Positions 1 through 9,517 are shown, counted from the first letter of the stretch. The stretch is 64,000 nt of DNA from Candidatus Blackburnbacteria bacterium (GCA_016183565.1 JACPEJ010000001.1:226577-290576); one strand, 5' to 3'. Notes: generated by a model not told the origin, from the letters alone. Numbers and translations: made by a program.

Positions 1-374
1 GTTCTGTTGCCCAAAAACAGGTTTATCGGGCTTTTGAGATAGTAAAAAGTGAGACAAACGAAGATCCCTTGCACGTATTTTTGCAGGCGATGGAGAACAT
101 AAAGCCTAACACGGAGGTTCGTCCTCGCAGGATTGGTGGGGCGGCCTATCAGGTTCCGGCTCCTGTTCGCGGTGTAAGGAGGGAGAGTTTGGGAATAAGA
201 TGGCTTATTCAGGCGGCAAGTACTCGGCCGAGTAGTCAGTATAAAACTTATGCGGCGAAACTAGCGGGTGAGATAATAAGTGCGAGGAAGGGTGAAGGCG
301 GGGCCATTACAAAGAAACAGGAGGTTGAAAGGGTTGCAGAAAGCAACCGTGCATTTGCGCATTTTAAGTGGTAA
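1..374 (+). CDS. rpsG: 30S ribosomal protein S7 (5' partial; C-terminal ~120 aa present)
   Basis: ORF end ...ISARKGEGGAITKKQEVERVAESNRAFAHFKW matches the S7 C-terminus; it sits upstream of fusA as in the str operon. Confidence 0.85.
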   Translation, partial: SVAQKQVYRAFEIVKSETNEDPLHVFLQAMENIKPNTEVRPRRIGGAAYQVPAPVRGVRRESLGIRWLIQAASTRPSSQYKTYAAKLAGEIISARKGEGGAITKKQEVERVAESNRAFAHFKW

Positions 375-428
375 GTTTCACACTCAGAAAGGAGTTTGTT
401 TGACTGTGGTTGGTAGTTGGTATATAGT

Positions 429-1721
429 ATGAGGGTGGGGAAAATTTTTGTTGCTTTAGCCTCCTTTTTTTCTATCTTCTTTTTGTCTGCTTCGGCTTTT
501 GCTTCAGAACTTGCGCCTTCTGCAAAACCTCTGATTGTTCCCCCTGGAGACAATATCTTCTTTGGTCAAAGTCACTACTATACTGTTGTTTTTAGAAATA
601 ATGGTGAAGCGGTTGTTTACTCCAAGTTTGTTTTGGTAAACCCAGAGGAGAGTTCTCTTTCAACCTTTAGTTTTGAGGTTCCAAAGGTAGTACCAAGCGA
701 TCTTGTTATTTTTCAGCAAAAGCTTAGGGGTTATTGTTTAAGATATGATCCTGTGGACTCTGTAAAGTGTATTGAGGAGCAAGAACCTGATTACCGAAAT
801 TACTATTATGGGCAGGGTGCACAATATCAGAAGATTCAATATGAGAAGATAGGAAATACTTACAAGTTTGATCTACCGGATCCTGTGAATCCAAACACAA
901 CAGGTGCTTTAATTATTGCATATATTGCGAAAGGGTATGCCAAGGAAGAGTTGGGTGCTTTTAAATTCGATTTTGAGACACTTAAAGTTGATTCGAGAAT
1001 TGAGTCTGTTCGTGTTGCTGTTGATGTTGACAGTGATTTGTATCTTAAAGGCAAAAAGGCGAGTGTAAATTATACGGAGTCTACTGTGGCTTCTATTGCT
1101 GAGTTTGAATCCAGTGTTGGAGTAGTAGATAGGGTTGCGAGTCAGATTGGTTCGTATGGCGCTTTGGTTAAAGAATCAAAAGGTCTTGCTCCAAGTGAGA
1201 GTTTTAGTGTTCGTGGCGAATATTCTGATAGTTTGTTTAAACTTTATTTGAGATCTATTGGTTTGTCGGTGGCAATAATTGCTGCGATAATTTTTGTGCT
1301 AGTTTTGTTTAAGAGAGTTTTTGCTAGGATCGGTGATTGGATTAGTAGCTATGGGGATTCAAAAGCAAATTCGTATGGTTTTTTGGGGATTCTTAACATA
1401 AGCATAGGGCTTTTGTCTGCTTTCTTGGCTTTGGGTTTGACTGTGGTTGTGGTTTTTATTCAAAGATCAAACTTTATTTCGTATGAACCGTTTATTACTC
1501 TTTTGGTTGTGGTGATTTTCGTTCTTCTATACTTCCTAGCATTGTTGGCCCCAGCTATTGCTTCGGCCATATCTCGTGGATGGAGATCTTTGTTGACTGT
1601 TTTGCTTTGGGAAACTATTTGGTTATTTGTTTTTGTGGTTTTGTATTTTTTGTTGTTTAAGTCAGGGCTTGATTATTCCAGGTATCCTAAAATTGTTCCT
1701 CAGGAAAGTGTTATAAAGTAG
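429..1721 (+). CDS. hypothetical secreted/membrane protein (N-terminal signal peptide, ~4 C-terminal TM helices)
   Basis: 434-aa ORF; MRVGKIFVALASFFSIFFLSASAFA looks like a signal peptide; hydrophobic helices at the C-terminus; start codon uncertain (TTG 417 or ATG 429). Confidence 0.6.
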   Translation: MRVGKIFVALASFFSIFFLSASAFASELAPSAKPLIVPPGDNIFFGQSHYYTVVFRNNGEAVVYSKFVLVNPEESSLSTFSFEVPKVVPSDLVIFQQKLRGYCLRYDPVDSVKCIEEQEPDYRNYYYGQGAQYQKIQYEKIGNTYKFDLPDPVNPNTTGALIIAYIAKGYAKEELGAFKFDFETLKVDSRIESVRVAVDVDSDLYLKGKKASVNYTESTVASIAEFESSVGVVDRVASQIGSYGALVKESKGLAPSESFSVRGEYSDSLFKLYLRSIGLSVAIIAAIIFVLVLFKRVFARIGDWISSYGDSKANSYGFLGILNISIGLLSAFLALGLTVVVVFIQRSNFISYEPFITLLVVVIFVLLYFLALLAPAIASAISRGWRSLLTVLLWETIWLFVFVVLYFLLFKSGLDYSRYPKIVPQESVIK

Positions 1722-1834
1722 CATATACTTCTTGAATTTGGTAGAATTTATTCAAGGGAGCGAAAGTCGCGTAGCTTACTCACGTGATGCAAGCCCCCGT
1801 TTTTGTGTTCAATATATCTTTTAGAAGGAATTAA

Positions 1835-3994
1835 ATGGCAGCAAAAAAAGGTGCGTTAATTACAACTACAACAGAGAACCGCAAGCTTCCGATGGAGCGG
1901 ATCCGCAATATTGGGATTATTGCACATATTGATGCTGGTAAAACTACAACAACTGAGCGGATTCTTTTTGAGTCAGGGAAGACTTATAAACTTGGATCGG
2001 TGGACGAGGGGTCAACTGTTACAGATTGGATGGAGCAGGAGAGAGAGCGTGGAATTACAATTGTTTCTGCTGCAATCACAACCTTCTGGTCTCCGAAGGT
2101 TAAAGGAGATGTTCCTGCCCAGTCCTACAGGATAAATATTATTGACACTCCGGGTCATATTGATTTTACGGTTGAGGTTGAGAGGTCTTTGCGTGTGCTT
2201 GATGGTGCTGTAATGATTTTTGACGGACGAACTGGGGTTGAGCCTCAATCGGAAACTGTTTGGCATCAGGCCCAAAAATATGGTGTTCCTAGGTTTTGTT
2301 CTCTTAATAAGCTTAATCTTATTGGTGCGGACTGGGCTGGGTCAATTGCCTCTATTCGGGAACGCTTAAGTCCAAATGCAGCTCCTTTGGATATGCCTAT
2401 TGGCATTGAGCATGGCTTTCATGGTGTTGTTGATCTTGTTGAGATGAAGGCTTATGTTTACAAGTCCCAGGAGGATAATCAACTGATAGAGGAAGATATT
2501 CCTGAAAATCTTAAAGATCAGGCTATGAAATATAGGAGTGAGCTTTTAGAAAGAGTTGCGGAATTTGACGATGAAGTACTTGAGAAGTATTTAGAAGGTC
2601 AGGAGTTGACTTCTCAGGAGATAAAAAGAGCAATAAGGAAAGGAACAATTGCTGGGAATTTTTTCCCAATTTTGGGGGGTGATAATCGGATGGCAACGGT
2701 TCAGCGTCTTTTGGATGGTATTGTGGAATATTTGCCTTCTCCTTTGGATATTCCTCCTGTTAAGGGGACTAATCCGGTTACGGGGGAGATAGAGGAGCGA
2801 AGACCCGAAGATGGTCAGCCCCTTGCGGCTCTTGCTTTCAAGATAAATGTTGATCCACATATAGGGCGTTTGGTGTGGCTTAGGATTTATTCCGGGACTG
2901 TAAAAGCTGGTTCTCTTGTTTATAACTCTACAAAAAGGGTTGGCGAGAGGGCGGGGAGATTGGTGCTTTTGCATGCAGATCAGCGGGAACTTATCGAGGA
3001 AGCTTATGCGGGAGAAATAGTTGCTGTTGTGGGACTTAAAGAAACTGTAACAGGAGATACTGTTTGTGAACAAGGTAAGCCAATACTTCTTGAGTCTATA
3101 AGTTTTCCAGAGCCGGTTATTTCTTTGGCAATTGAACCTAAAACTCGACAGGATCAAGAGAAACTTGGGTATGCTATGTCGCGGCTTGGGGAGGAGGATC
3201 CCACATTTAAAGTAAAGACGAACCACGAGACTGGCCAGACTATTATATCGGGGATGGGAGAATTACAACTTGAGGTTTTGGTTGATAGGATGAAGAGAGA
3301 GTTTAACGTAGAGGCGACTACAGGTGCACCTCAGGTTGCATACAGAGAGACGATTAAGAAAGCAGCTATGGGTGAAGGGAAATATATTCGTCAAACTGGG
3401 GGTCGTGGTCAGTATGGGCATTGTCTTTTGAGGGTTGAGCCAAAAGGTAGGGGAGAAGGGAGTGAATTTGTTTCTGAGATTAGGGGTGGTGCGATACCAC
3501 AGGAGTTTATTCCGGCTATAGAAAAAGGAGTTCGTGAGGCTATGGATAATGGGATTTTAGCTGGTTTTCCTTTAACGGATATGAAGGTGGCTGTTTACGA
3601 TGGTTCTTTCCATGATGTGGATTCTTCAGAAATAGCATTTAAGATAGCGGGTTCTATGGCGCTTCAAGCTGCTTCTAAAAAAGCGGAGTTAGTTCTTCTT
3701 GAGCCTATTATGAAGGTCTTTGTTTCAACACCGGACAATTTTATGGGGGATGTGATAGGGGATCTTTCTTCTCGGCGAGCTCAGATATTGGGGACAGAGA
3801 CAAGAGGTGTTTTGCAGGTTATAAACTCTTTAGTTCCCCTTTCGGAGATGTCTGGTTATGCAACAACTTTGCGTTCTATAACTCAAGGTCGTGCAAGTTA
3901 CTTTATGGAGCCAAGCCATTATCAGGAGGTTCCTTCTAATATAACCCAACAGATAGTTGGGAAATTGCAAGCTTCGGTTGCAGCGGTCAGATAG
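1835..3994 (+). CDS. fusA: elongation factor G
   Basis: AHIDAGKTTTTERIL, DTPGHIDF and full-length EF-G architecture (719 aa). Confidence 0.95.
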   Translation: MAAKKGALITTTTENRKLPMERIRNIGIIAHIDAGKTTTTERILFESGKTYKLGSVDEGSTVTDWMEQERERGITIVSAAITTFWSPKVKGDVPAQSYRINIIDTPGHIDFTVEVERSLRVLDGAVMIFDGRTGVEPQSETVWHQAQKYGVPRFCSLNKLNLIGADWAGSIASIRERLSPNAAPLDMPIGIEHGFHGVVDLVEMKAYVYKSQEDNQLIEEDIPENLKDQAMKYRSELLERVAEFDDEVLEKYLEGQELTSQEIKRAIRKGTIAGNFFPILGGDNRMATVQRLLDGIVEYLPSPLDIPPVKGTNPVTGEIEERRPEDGQPLAALAFKINVDPHIGRLVWLRIYSGTVKAGSLVYNSTKRVGERAGRLVLLHADQRELIEEAYAGEIVAVVGLKETVTGDTVCEQGKPILLESISFPEPVISLAIEPKTRQDQEKLGYAMSRLGEEDPTFKVKTNHETGQTIISGMGELQLEVLVDRMKREFNVEATTGAPQVAYRETIKKAAMGEGKYIRQTGGRGQYGHCLLRVEPKGRGEGSEFVSEIRGGAIPQEFIPAIEKGVREAMDNGILAGFPLTDMKVAVYDGSFHDVDSSEIAFKIAGSMALQAASKKAELVLLEPIMKVFVSTPDNFMGDVIGDLSSRRAQILGTETRGVLQVINSLVPLSEMSGYATTLRSITQGRASYFMEPSHYQEVPSNITQQIVGKLQASVAAVR

Positions 3995-4051
3995 ATACAG
4001 ATTGTTCCTTTGGGATTTTTTGTAGACAGGTTGGGGATTTTGATATGCCTA

Positions 4052-4080
4052 TTGACATAGTATTTAAGGCTCGTTACAAT
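4052..4080 (+). promoter_or_regulatory. sigma70-like promoter upstream of tuf (TTGACA-17nt-TACAAT)
   Basis: TTGACA at 4052-4057, 17-nt spacer, TACAAT at 4075-4080; a 7-bp stem-loop ggactag/ctagtcc follows at 4088-4107. Confidence 0.6.
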
Positions 4081-4246
4081 ATCCTCTGGACTAGTTGGAG
4101 CTAGTCCGTTTCTTGTCAGCCTGATCTTAGCATTCGTCTTCAGGTACTATTCGTACACGACTCATGCTGCGATCTTGGGCGGACTGCGAAAACTTGTATA
4201 CAAGTTTTCTTGTCTTTTTACGAGAGACACGTTATAATTTAGGAAA

Positions 4247-5437
4247 ATGGCAGAATCGAAATTTGAACGAACAAAACCACATATAAATGTTGGAACCATT
4301 GGTCATGTTGATCATGGTAAAACTACTCTTTCTGCAGCTATAACCCATGTATTGTCCAAACAACCTGGGAATTCTACAAAACCTCTAGGGTATGGTGATA
4401 TTGATAATGCTCCTGAAGAGAGAGAGCGCGGAGTTACAATTAACATTACCCATCTTGAATACGAGACTGAGAAGAGACACTATGCTCACATTGATGCTCC
4501 AGGTCATGCAGATTATATTAAGAATATGATTACTGGGGCAGCTCAGATGGATGGTGCTATTTTGGTAGTTTCTGCTCCAGATGGTGCGATGCCTCAAACC
4601 AGAGAACATGTTCTTTTAGCGCGACAAGTTAATGTGCCGGCTATTGTAGTTTTTCTTAATAAAACGGACATGGTTGACGATCCTGAACTTGTTGATCTTG
4701 TTGAAGTTGAAATTCGGGAGCTTCTTTCTAAATACCAATATCCAGGGGATGAAGTACCTATTGTTAGAGGTTCTGCACTTAAGGCTTTGGAAGGGGATGC
4801 TGAGGCAGAGAATCAAATTCTTGAGCTTATGAAGGCGGTTGATGAGTATATTCCAACTCCAGAGCGAGAAACCGAGAAGCCATTTTTGATGTCAGTTGAG
4901 GATGTTTTCTCTATAAAAGGTCGGGGAACTGTTGCAACTGGTCGTATAGAGCGCGGAAAAGTTAAGGTTAATGAGGAAACTGAGATTATAGGACTTAAGC
5001 CAACTAAAAAGACTGTTGTAACTGGTGTTGAGATGTTTAGGAAGTCTTTGGATGAAGGGCAAGCTGGGGATAACGTTGGTATTCTACTTCGCGGAATTGA
5101 AAAAGATGATATTGAGCGGGGTCAGGTTTTGGCAAAGCCGGGTAGTATTACTCCACATACTGAGTTTGAAGCAGAAGTTTATATTTTAACTAAAGAAGAG
5201 GGTGGTAGGCATACACCGTTCTTTTCAGGTTACAAGCCACAGTTTTATATAAGAACTACGGACGTTACCGGTGAGGTTACACTTCCTGAGGGTGTTGAGA
5301 TGGTTATGCCTGGGGATAGTGCAAAAATGAAGGTAAAGCTTATTCAACCGATTGCAATGGAAGAAGGTTTGAGGTTTGCTATTCGCGAAGGTGGAAGAAC
5401 TGTGGGAGCCGGGGTCCTTTCTAAGGTAATTGCCTAA
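4247..5437 (+). CDS. tuf: elongation factor Tu
   Basis: [22 protein letters not shown] motifs; 396 aa. Confidence 0.97.
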   Translation: MAESKFERTKPHINVGTIGHVDHGKTTLSAAITHVLSKQPGNSTKPLGYGDIDNAPEERERGVTINITHLEYETEKRHYAHIDAPGHADYIKNMITGAAQMDGAILVVSAPDGAMPQTREHVLLARQVNVPAIVVFLNKTDMVDDPELVDLVEVEIRELLSKYQYPGDEVPIVRGSALKALEGDAEAENQILELMKAVDEYIPTPERETEKPFLMSVEDVFSIKGRGTVATGRIERGKVKVNEETEIIGLKPTKKTVVTGVEMFRKSLDEGQAGDNVGILLRGIEKDDIERGQVLAKPGSITPHTEFEAEVYILTKEEGGRHTPFFSGYKPQFYIRTTDVTGEVTLPEGVEMVMPGDSAKMKVKLIQPIAMEEGLRFAIREGGRTVGAGVLSKVIA

Positions 5438-5464
5438 GGAAAGTTGACTCTAGGGTTTGCATTT

Positions 5465-5486
5465 CCCCCGAAAGGGGGTTTGTTTT
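5465..5486 (+). terminator. intrinsic terminator hairpin (cccccgaaaggggg + T-run) directly abutting the rpsJ start codon
   Basis: GC stem cccccg aa aggggg followed by tttgtttt, then ATG at 5487. Confidence 0.5.
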
Positions 5487-5798
5487 ATGGCAGGAGCTGC
5501 GAGGATTAGAATCCGTTTAAAATCTTACGATCATAGGGTCATTGATGAGGCGGCAGCAAAAATTGTTGATGCTGTTTTGGCTGCTGGTTCTAAAGTAGTG
5601 GGTCCGGTTCCTCTTCCGACAGAAAGACACCTAACTGTTGTTAATACTTCTCCTCATACAGACAAGGATGCGCGTGAGCACTTCGAGATGTTGGTGCACA
5701 AAAGAATGATTGATATAATTCAGCCAACAGAGCGAACAATTGACGCGCTTTCTAATATGGAACTTCCTGCAGGAGTTTCGATTGAAGTTAAAATTTAA
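5487..5798 (+). CDS. rpsJ: 30S ribosomal protein S10
   Basis: [23 protein letters not shown]...[12 protein letters not shown] is a typical S10. Confidence 0.92.
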   Translation: MAGAARIRIRLKSYDHRVIDEAAAKIVDAVLAAGSKVVGPVPLPTERHLTVVNTSPHTDKDAREHFEMLVHKRMIDIIQPTERTIDALSNMELPAGVSIEVKI

Positions 5799-6187
5799 TT
5801 GGTAGCTTTCCTATACACCATCAAACCTTCAATTTTTTCGAAATCTTTTGTATTTAGAGTTGCTAATTCAAGATCATGGCTTAAAGCAGTTGCTGCTATT
5901 ACCGCATCTACAATATTTGTGCCATAAGCTGCTCTTATTCGTCCTGCTTTTTTTGATATTTCCTCGTCCAATTGCAATATTTTTATGCCAGAAAAAAGAG
6001 TTTCAAGAGCAACTCTTGCCTTTTCTATTTCCCAGACACTTTTGCCAGCATAGCTTTCAGTGTGTGCCACAATGGAAGTATATAATTGATATTCTTTCTC
6101 CAGGAGATTATACAAAACGGTCTGACTTTTATCTTTTAGTCGTAGGTAGTCGATAATTATTGAAGAGTCCAGAAGTATTTTGGACAT
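5795..6187 (-). CDS. vapC: PIN-domain toxin VapC
   Basis: [11 protein letters not shown] ... [10 protein letters not shown] ... TLNTKDF shows the PIN acidic residue pattern; 1-nt spacing from the upstream antitoxin gene. Confidence 0.75.
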   Translation of the reverse strand: MSKILLDSSIIIDYLRLKDKSQTVLYNLLEKEYQLYTSIVAHTESYAGKSVWEIEKARVALETLFSGIKILQLDEEISKKAGRIRAAYGTNIVDAVIAATALSHDLELATLNTKDFEKIEGLMVYRKATN

Positions 6188-6188
6188 T

Positions 6189-6437
6189 TTACCAATTATA
6201 CCTTTTCGATCTTTCTTCAATTTCAGATCTCATTTTCCTGTAATCTTCGTAGTTTTTTTCTGTAAACCAGTCTGTTTTTAAGTTGATAATCTTTTGGGTA
6301 TAATCTTCAGAAGGCTTTTTTGTGCTAAGTTTTTCTCTGATCACAGCCGAAAGGCTCTTTCTTTTCCTAAAAGCCTCTTCTTTAAGACTTAAATAATCGT
6401 CTTCAGGCAATCTGATATTAGTGGTGATGTAGTTCAT
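6189..6437 (-). CDS. vapB: ribbon-helix-helix antitoxin (VapB/CopG-like)
   Basis: 82 aa; N-terminal TTNIRLPEDDYLSLKEEA is an RHH-type beta strand plus helix; operonic with the PIN toxin. Confidence 0.65.
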   Translation of the reverse strand: MNYITTNIRLPEDDYLSLKEEAFRKRKSLSAVIREKLSTKKPSEDYTQKIINLKTDWFTEKNYEDYRKMRSEIEERSKRYNW

Positions 6438-6565
6438 ATAACAATTGTATCATTGTATTACTTCTTGTCAAGTCTAGATGGTTGCTGTGTGTTTAGGTCG
6501 CGATACATACCGTACAGTTGTGTCTACGGCATACTTCCAGTTGCCAGGGTTAGAACTTGCGTTTC

Positions 6566-6594
6566 TTGCGCACTCCGTGCGTATTTGGTATACT
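6566..6594 (+). promoter_or_regulatory. sigma70-like promoter for the rplC operon (TTGCGC-17-TATACT)
   Basis: TTGCGC at 6566-6571, 17-nt spacer, TATACT at 6589-6594. Confidence 0.5.
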
Positions 6595-6660
6595 ACATAT
6601 TGTGGAGGTGGTTTTGAACCTTCTTTAGCACCAGTATTGCCAGAAAGGGCCCCTTGATTG

Positions 6661-6685
6661 GAGCGCTAGAAGGCGCTCTTTTTTG
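6661..6685 (+). terminator. leader terminator/attenuator hairpin 12 nt upstream of the rplC ATG
   Basis: gagcgc-tagaag-gcgctc stem-loop followed by ttttttg. Confidence 0.5.
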
Positions 6686-6696
6686 TGGAAAAACAT

Positions 6697-7452
6697 ATGC
6701 TAAATACTGTATTGGGAACAAAGCAAGGAATGAAGCAGATTTTTACTCGCGAAGGGGTAAGGTTGTCTGTGACTGTGGTTCAAGGTGGACCGAATGTTGT
6801 CACATATTTACGAACTCAAGACAAGGATGGCTATTGGGCGGTTCAGCTTGGGTTTGGAAGCCGAAGAATGAAAACCATCAAGAAGCCAGTTTTGGGACAT
6901 CTTAAGAAAGGACTTGTCCATACAACTTTGGAAGAACCACAAAAATATCCACGATTCCTCAAAGAAGTTAGAATATTATCCACAGAAGAAACAACATTAC
7001 AACTAGGAGATAGGATCAGTCCTACTGATGTTCTCAAGGCTGGGGATATTGTTCAGGTTACTGGGGTTTCGAAAGGTAAAGGTTTTGCAGGGGGAGTTAA
7101 AAGATGGGGTTTTCACGGTGGGCCGAAGACACATGGACAGTCTGATAGACATAGGGCTCCAGGTTCGATAGGTCAGGCTACAACTCCGGGACGGGTTTAT
7201 AAGGGTAAGAAGATGGCAGGGAGAATGGGGAGTGATCAGAAGACTATTAAAAATCTTGTAGTATTGAGTGTTTTGGAGACGGGTGAGATAGAACTTTCTG
7301 GTCCGGTTCCGGGAAGCAGGGGGTCTTTTTTGCAAATTAAAAAGATTGGAGAGGTAAAGACACCGTACGAGTTAGTTTCCACGAGGAGAGATACAGACAC
7401 AGATACAGAGACAGAGGAAAAGTCGGAAGTTGTAGGAGGGAAGGAGGCTTAA
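6697..7452 (+). CDS. rplC: 50S ribosomal protein L3 (with an acidic TDTDTETEE C-terminal tail)
   Basis: LGTKQGMKQIFTREG...FHGGPKTHGQSDRHRAPGSIG. Confidence 0.93.
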   Translation: MLNTVLGTKQGMKQIFTREGVRLSVTVVQGGPNVVTYLRTQDKDGYWAVQLGFGSRRMKTIKKPVLGHLKKGLVHTTLEEPQKYPRFLKEVRILSTEETTLQLGDRISPTDVLKAGDIVQVTGVSKGKGFAGGVKRWGFHGGPKTHGQSDRHRAPGSIGQATTPGRVYKGKKMAGRMGSDQKTIKNLVVLSVLETGEIELSGPVPGSRGSFLQIKKIGEVKTPYELVSTRRDTDTDTETEEKSEVVGGKEA

Positions 7453-7453
7453 G

Positions 7454-8152
7454 ATGGCAGCTAGGATAAGTAAACAGTCTAAGTCTAAGAGTGAGGCTCG
7501 AGCGAAGGTTCGGAAGGTAGTTTTGGGTCTTGAAGTACCTTTATATGTTAAAGCAGGAGTGCAAGAAGGTACTGTAGAACTGCCAAAGGAAATTTTTGGT
7601 CAGAAACCAAATAAGGTGCTTATTGCTCAGGCAGTGAGGGTTTTTCTGTCACGGCAAAGGATGGCTCGAGCGTCTGTTAAGACTCGCGCACAGGTAGATT
7701 TGACGAAAAAGAAGATGTATCGCCAAAAGGGTACGGGGGGTGCGAGACATGGAGCACAGTCAGCTCCTATATTTGTAGGTGGAGGGAGCGCACATGGTCC
7801 CAAGGCGTTTGAAAATTACAAGTTATTGATATCTAAGAAGATGTCCAGAAAGGCTTTGTTCTCGGCTCTTTCTGAGAGAATGATTGACAAGAGGGTTTTG
7901 GTGGCTGATATAGAAGGGATTGCGCCCAAAACCAGAGATTTGGTGCAGTTTCTTAAGAATGCCCAGATAGATCAAGCACTGATTGTACATAAGGCTAGTG
8001 AGAATCTTTTAAGAGCGGGTAGAAATATAAAGAATATAGCTATTGTTAGGGCCGGGCAATTGAATGCTTATGATGTATTGAGAGGGAGGATGATTGTCTT
8101 GACAAAAGAAGCTTTAGATGTGTTGGCACAGAGGGAGGGCAGGAAAGCGTGA
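7454..8152 (+). CDS. rplD: 50S ribosomal protein L4
   Basis: position between L3 and L23; KGTGGARHGAQSAPIFVGGG motif. Confidence 0.9.
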   Translation: MAARISKQSKSKSEARAKVRKVVLGLEVPLYVKAGVQEGTVELPKEIFGQKPNKVLIAQAVRVFLSRQRMARASVKTRAQVDLTKKKMYRQKGTGGARHGAQSAPIFVGGGSAHGPKAFENYKLLISKKMSRKALFSALSERMIDKRVLVADIEGIAPKTRDLVQFLKNAQIDQALIVHKASENLLRAGRNIKNIAIVRAGQLNAYDVLRGRMIVLTKEALDVLAQREGRKA

Positions 8153-8460
8153 TGTTGAAACCATTGATTACTGAAAAGACATTAAGTGAGGTACAAAGTA
8201 GGAATTGCTACACTTTTTTGGTTTCCGCTCATGTTACTAAGGACCAGATTAGAGAATATGTGGAGGGGATTTTTGGTGTTAAGGTTTTGGGAGTGCATAC
8301 GTCAGTTGTAAGAGGAAAGAAAAAGAGACTAGGTAAAAAGAAAATGTTGGTTTCTAAGAGGGATTTTAAGAAAGTAGTAGTGAGATTACCAGAAAAAGAG
8401 AAGATTGATCTTTTTGAAATTGAAGAAAAGAAAAAAGGCAAGAAAGGGAAAAAATCGTGA
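8149..8460 (+). CDS. rplW: 50S ribosomal protein L23 (Lys-rich C-terminal tail)
   Basis: LKPLITEKT...YTFLVSAHVTKDQIREYVEGIFGVKV. Confidence 0.88.
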   Translation: MMLKPLITEKTLSEVQSRNCYTFLVSAHVTKDQIREYVEGIFGVKVLGVHTSVVRGKKKRLGKKKMLVSKRDFKKVVVRLPEKEKIDLFEIEEKKKGKKGKKS

Positions 8461-9191
8461 GAAAACTTAGAAGAATATTGCCAAAAAATTCAGGTAGGGA
8501 TGCTCAAGGGCGGGTTGCTGTTCGGCACCAAGGTGGAAGGCACAAGAGGTTTTTGCGCGCTGTTGATTTTGCGCGCAGCAAACGTGATATTTTGGGGAAG
8601 GTTGAGAAGATTGAGTATGATCCGAACCGAAATGCCAGAATTGCCCTTATTCTCTATTCTGATGGCGAGCGTTCTTATATACTGGCTCCGAAAGGTTTAG
8701 AAGGTGGTAGCAAAGTTTGTGCAGGGGATGCGGTGTCTATAACAGCAGGTAATGCTTTGCCACTTGGAAGGATTCCTGTAGGTACAACCATACACAATAT
8801 TGAGGTTAAGCCGGGTAAGGGAGGACAGCTTGCCAGGTCGGGATTATCAAGTGCAATTGTGCAGGGTCGAGAAAATGGTACGATTTTGGTAAAATTGCCT
8901 TCTGGGGAAATAAAGAGATTTGATCCTCTTTCCTTAGCCACTATTGGTCAGCCTTCTGGTGGTACTCGCGGGAGAATAGGTAAAGCAGGTAGAAAGAGAA
9001 GAATGGGTGTTCGTCCGACTGTTCGGGGTGTAGCAATGCATCCTGATGCTCATCCTCATGGAGGCGGAGAAGGACGCTCAGGGGAAGGTATGCCACCCAA
9101 GACTCCTTGGGGTAAACCGGCAAGAGGAGTGAAGACAAGAAGGAGAGGGAAGTATTCAGATGGGTTGGTTGTCAAAAGGAGGAAGCAATAG
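8457..9191 (+). CDS. rplB: 50S ribosomal protein L2 (GTG start; ~30 aa shorter at the N-terminus than typical)
   Basis: VRHQGGRHKR...GVAMHPDAHPHGGGEGRS; an in-frame TGA at 8421 prevents N-terminal extension. Confidence 0.9.
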   Translation: MRKLRRILPKNSGRDAQGRVAVRHQGGRHKRFLRAVDFARSKRDILGKVEKIEYDPNRNARIALILYSDGERSYILAPKGLEGGSKVCAGDAVSITAGNALPLGRIPVGTTIHNIEVKPGKGGQLARSGLSSAIVQGRENGTILVKLPSGEIKRFDPLSLATIGQPSGGTRGRIGKAGRKRRMGVRPTVRGVAMHPDAHPHGGGEGRSGEGMPPKTPWGKPARGVKTRRRGKYSDGLVVKRRKQ

Positions 9192-9244
9192 GAAGGTTGT
9201 AGGTGGTAGGTTGTAGTGAGTAGGGGTAGTAGGAGAAAGAAATT

Positions 9245-9517
9245 ATGAGTAGATCTAGTAAAAAAGGACCATTTGTTGATCTGAGGCTGTTGAGCAAAAT
9301 TTTGGCAAAGTCTGATGGGCCTATACGAACTTGGAGTCGAGGTAGTCAGATTGCACCAGAGTTTGTTGGACACAAATTCTTGGTACACAATGGCAAGAAA
9401 TTTATTGAGGTTTTTGTGACGGAGGATATGGTAGGACACTGCTTGGGCGAATTTGCACCAACACGCACTTTTAGGGGTCATGGTCAGATTGTTAAGAGGA
9501 CAATGGAGAAAACATAA
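9245..9517 (+). CDS. rpsS: 30S ribosomal protein S19
   Basis: [11 protein letters not shown]...[34 protein letters not shown]. Confidence 0.93.
   Translation: MSRSSKKGPFVDLRLLSKILAKSDGPIRTWSRGSQIAPEFVGHKFLVHNGKKFIEVFVTEDMVGHCLGEFAPTRTFRGHGQIVKRTMEKT

Noticed and set aside
2591-3226. 211-aa minus-strand ORF inside fusA, plus similar antisense ORFs inside tuf, S3, secY, recA and aspS
   Set aside because: They are antisense to highly conserved, confidently identified genes and show no protein-like features.
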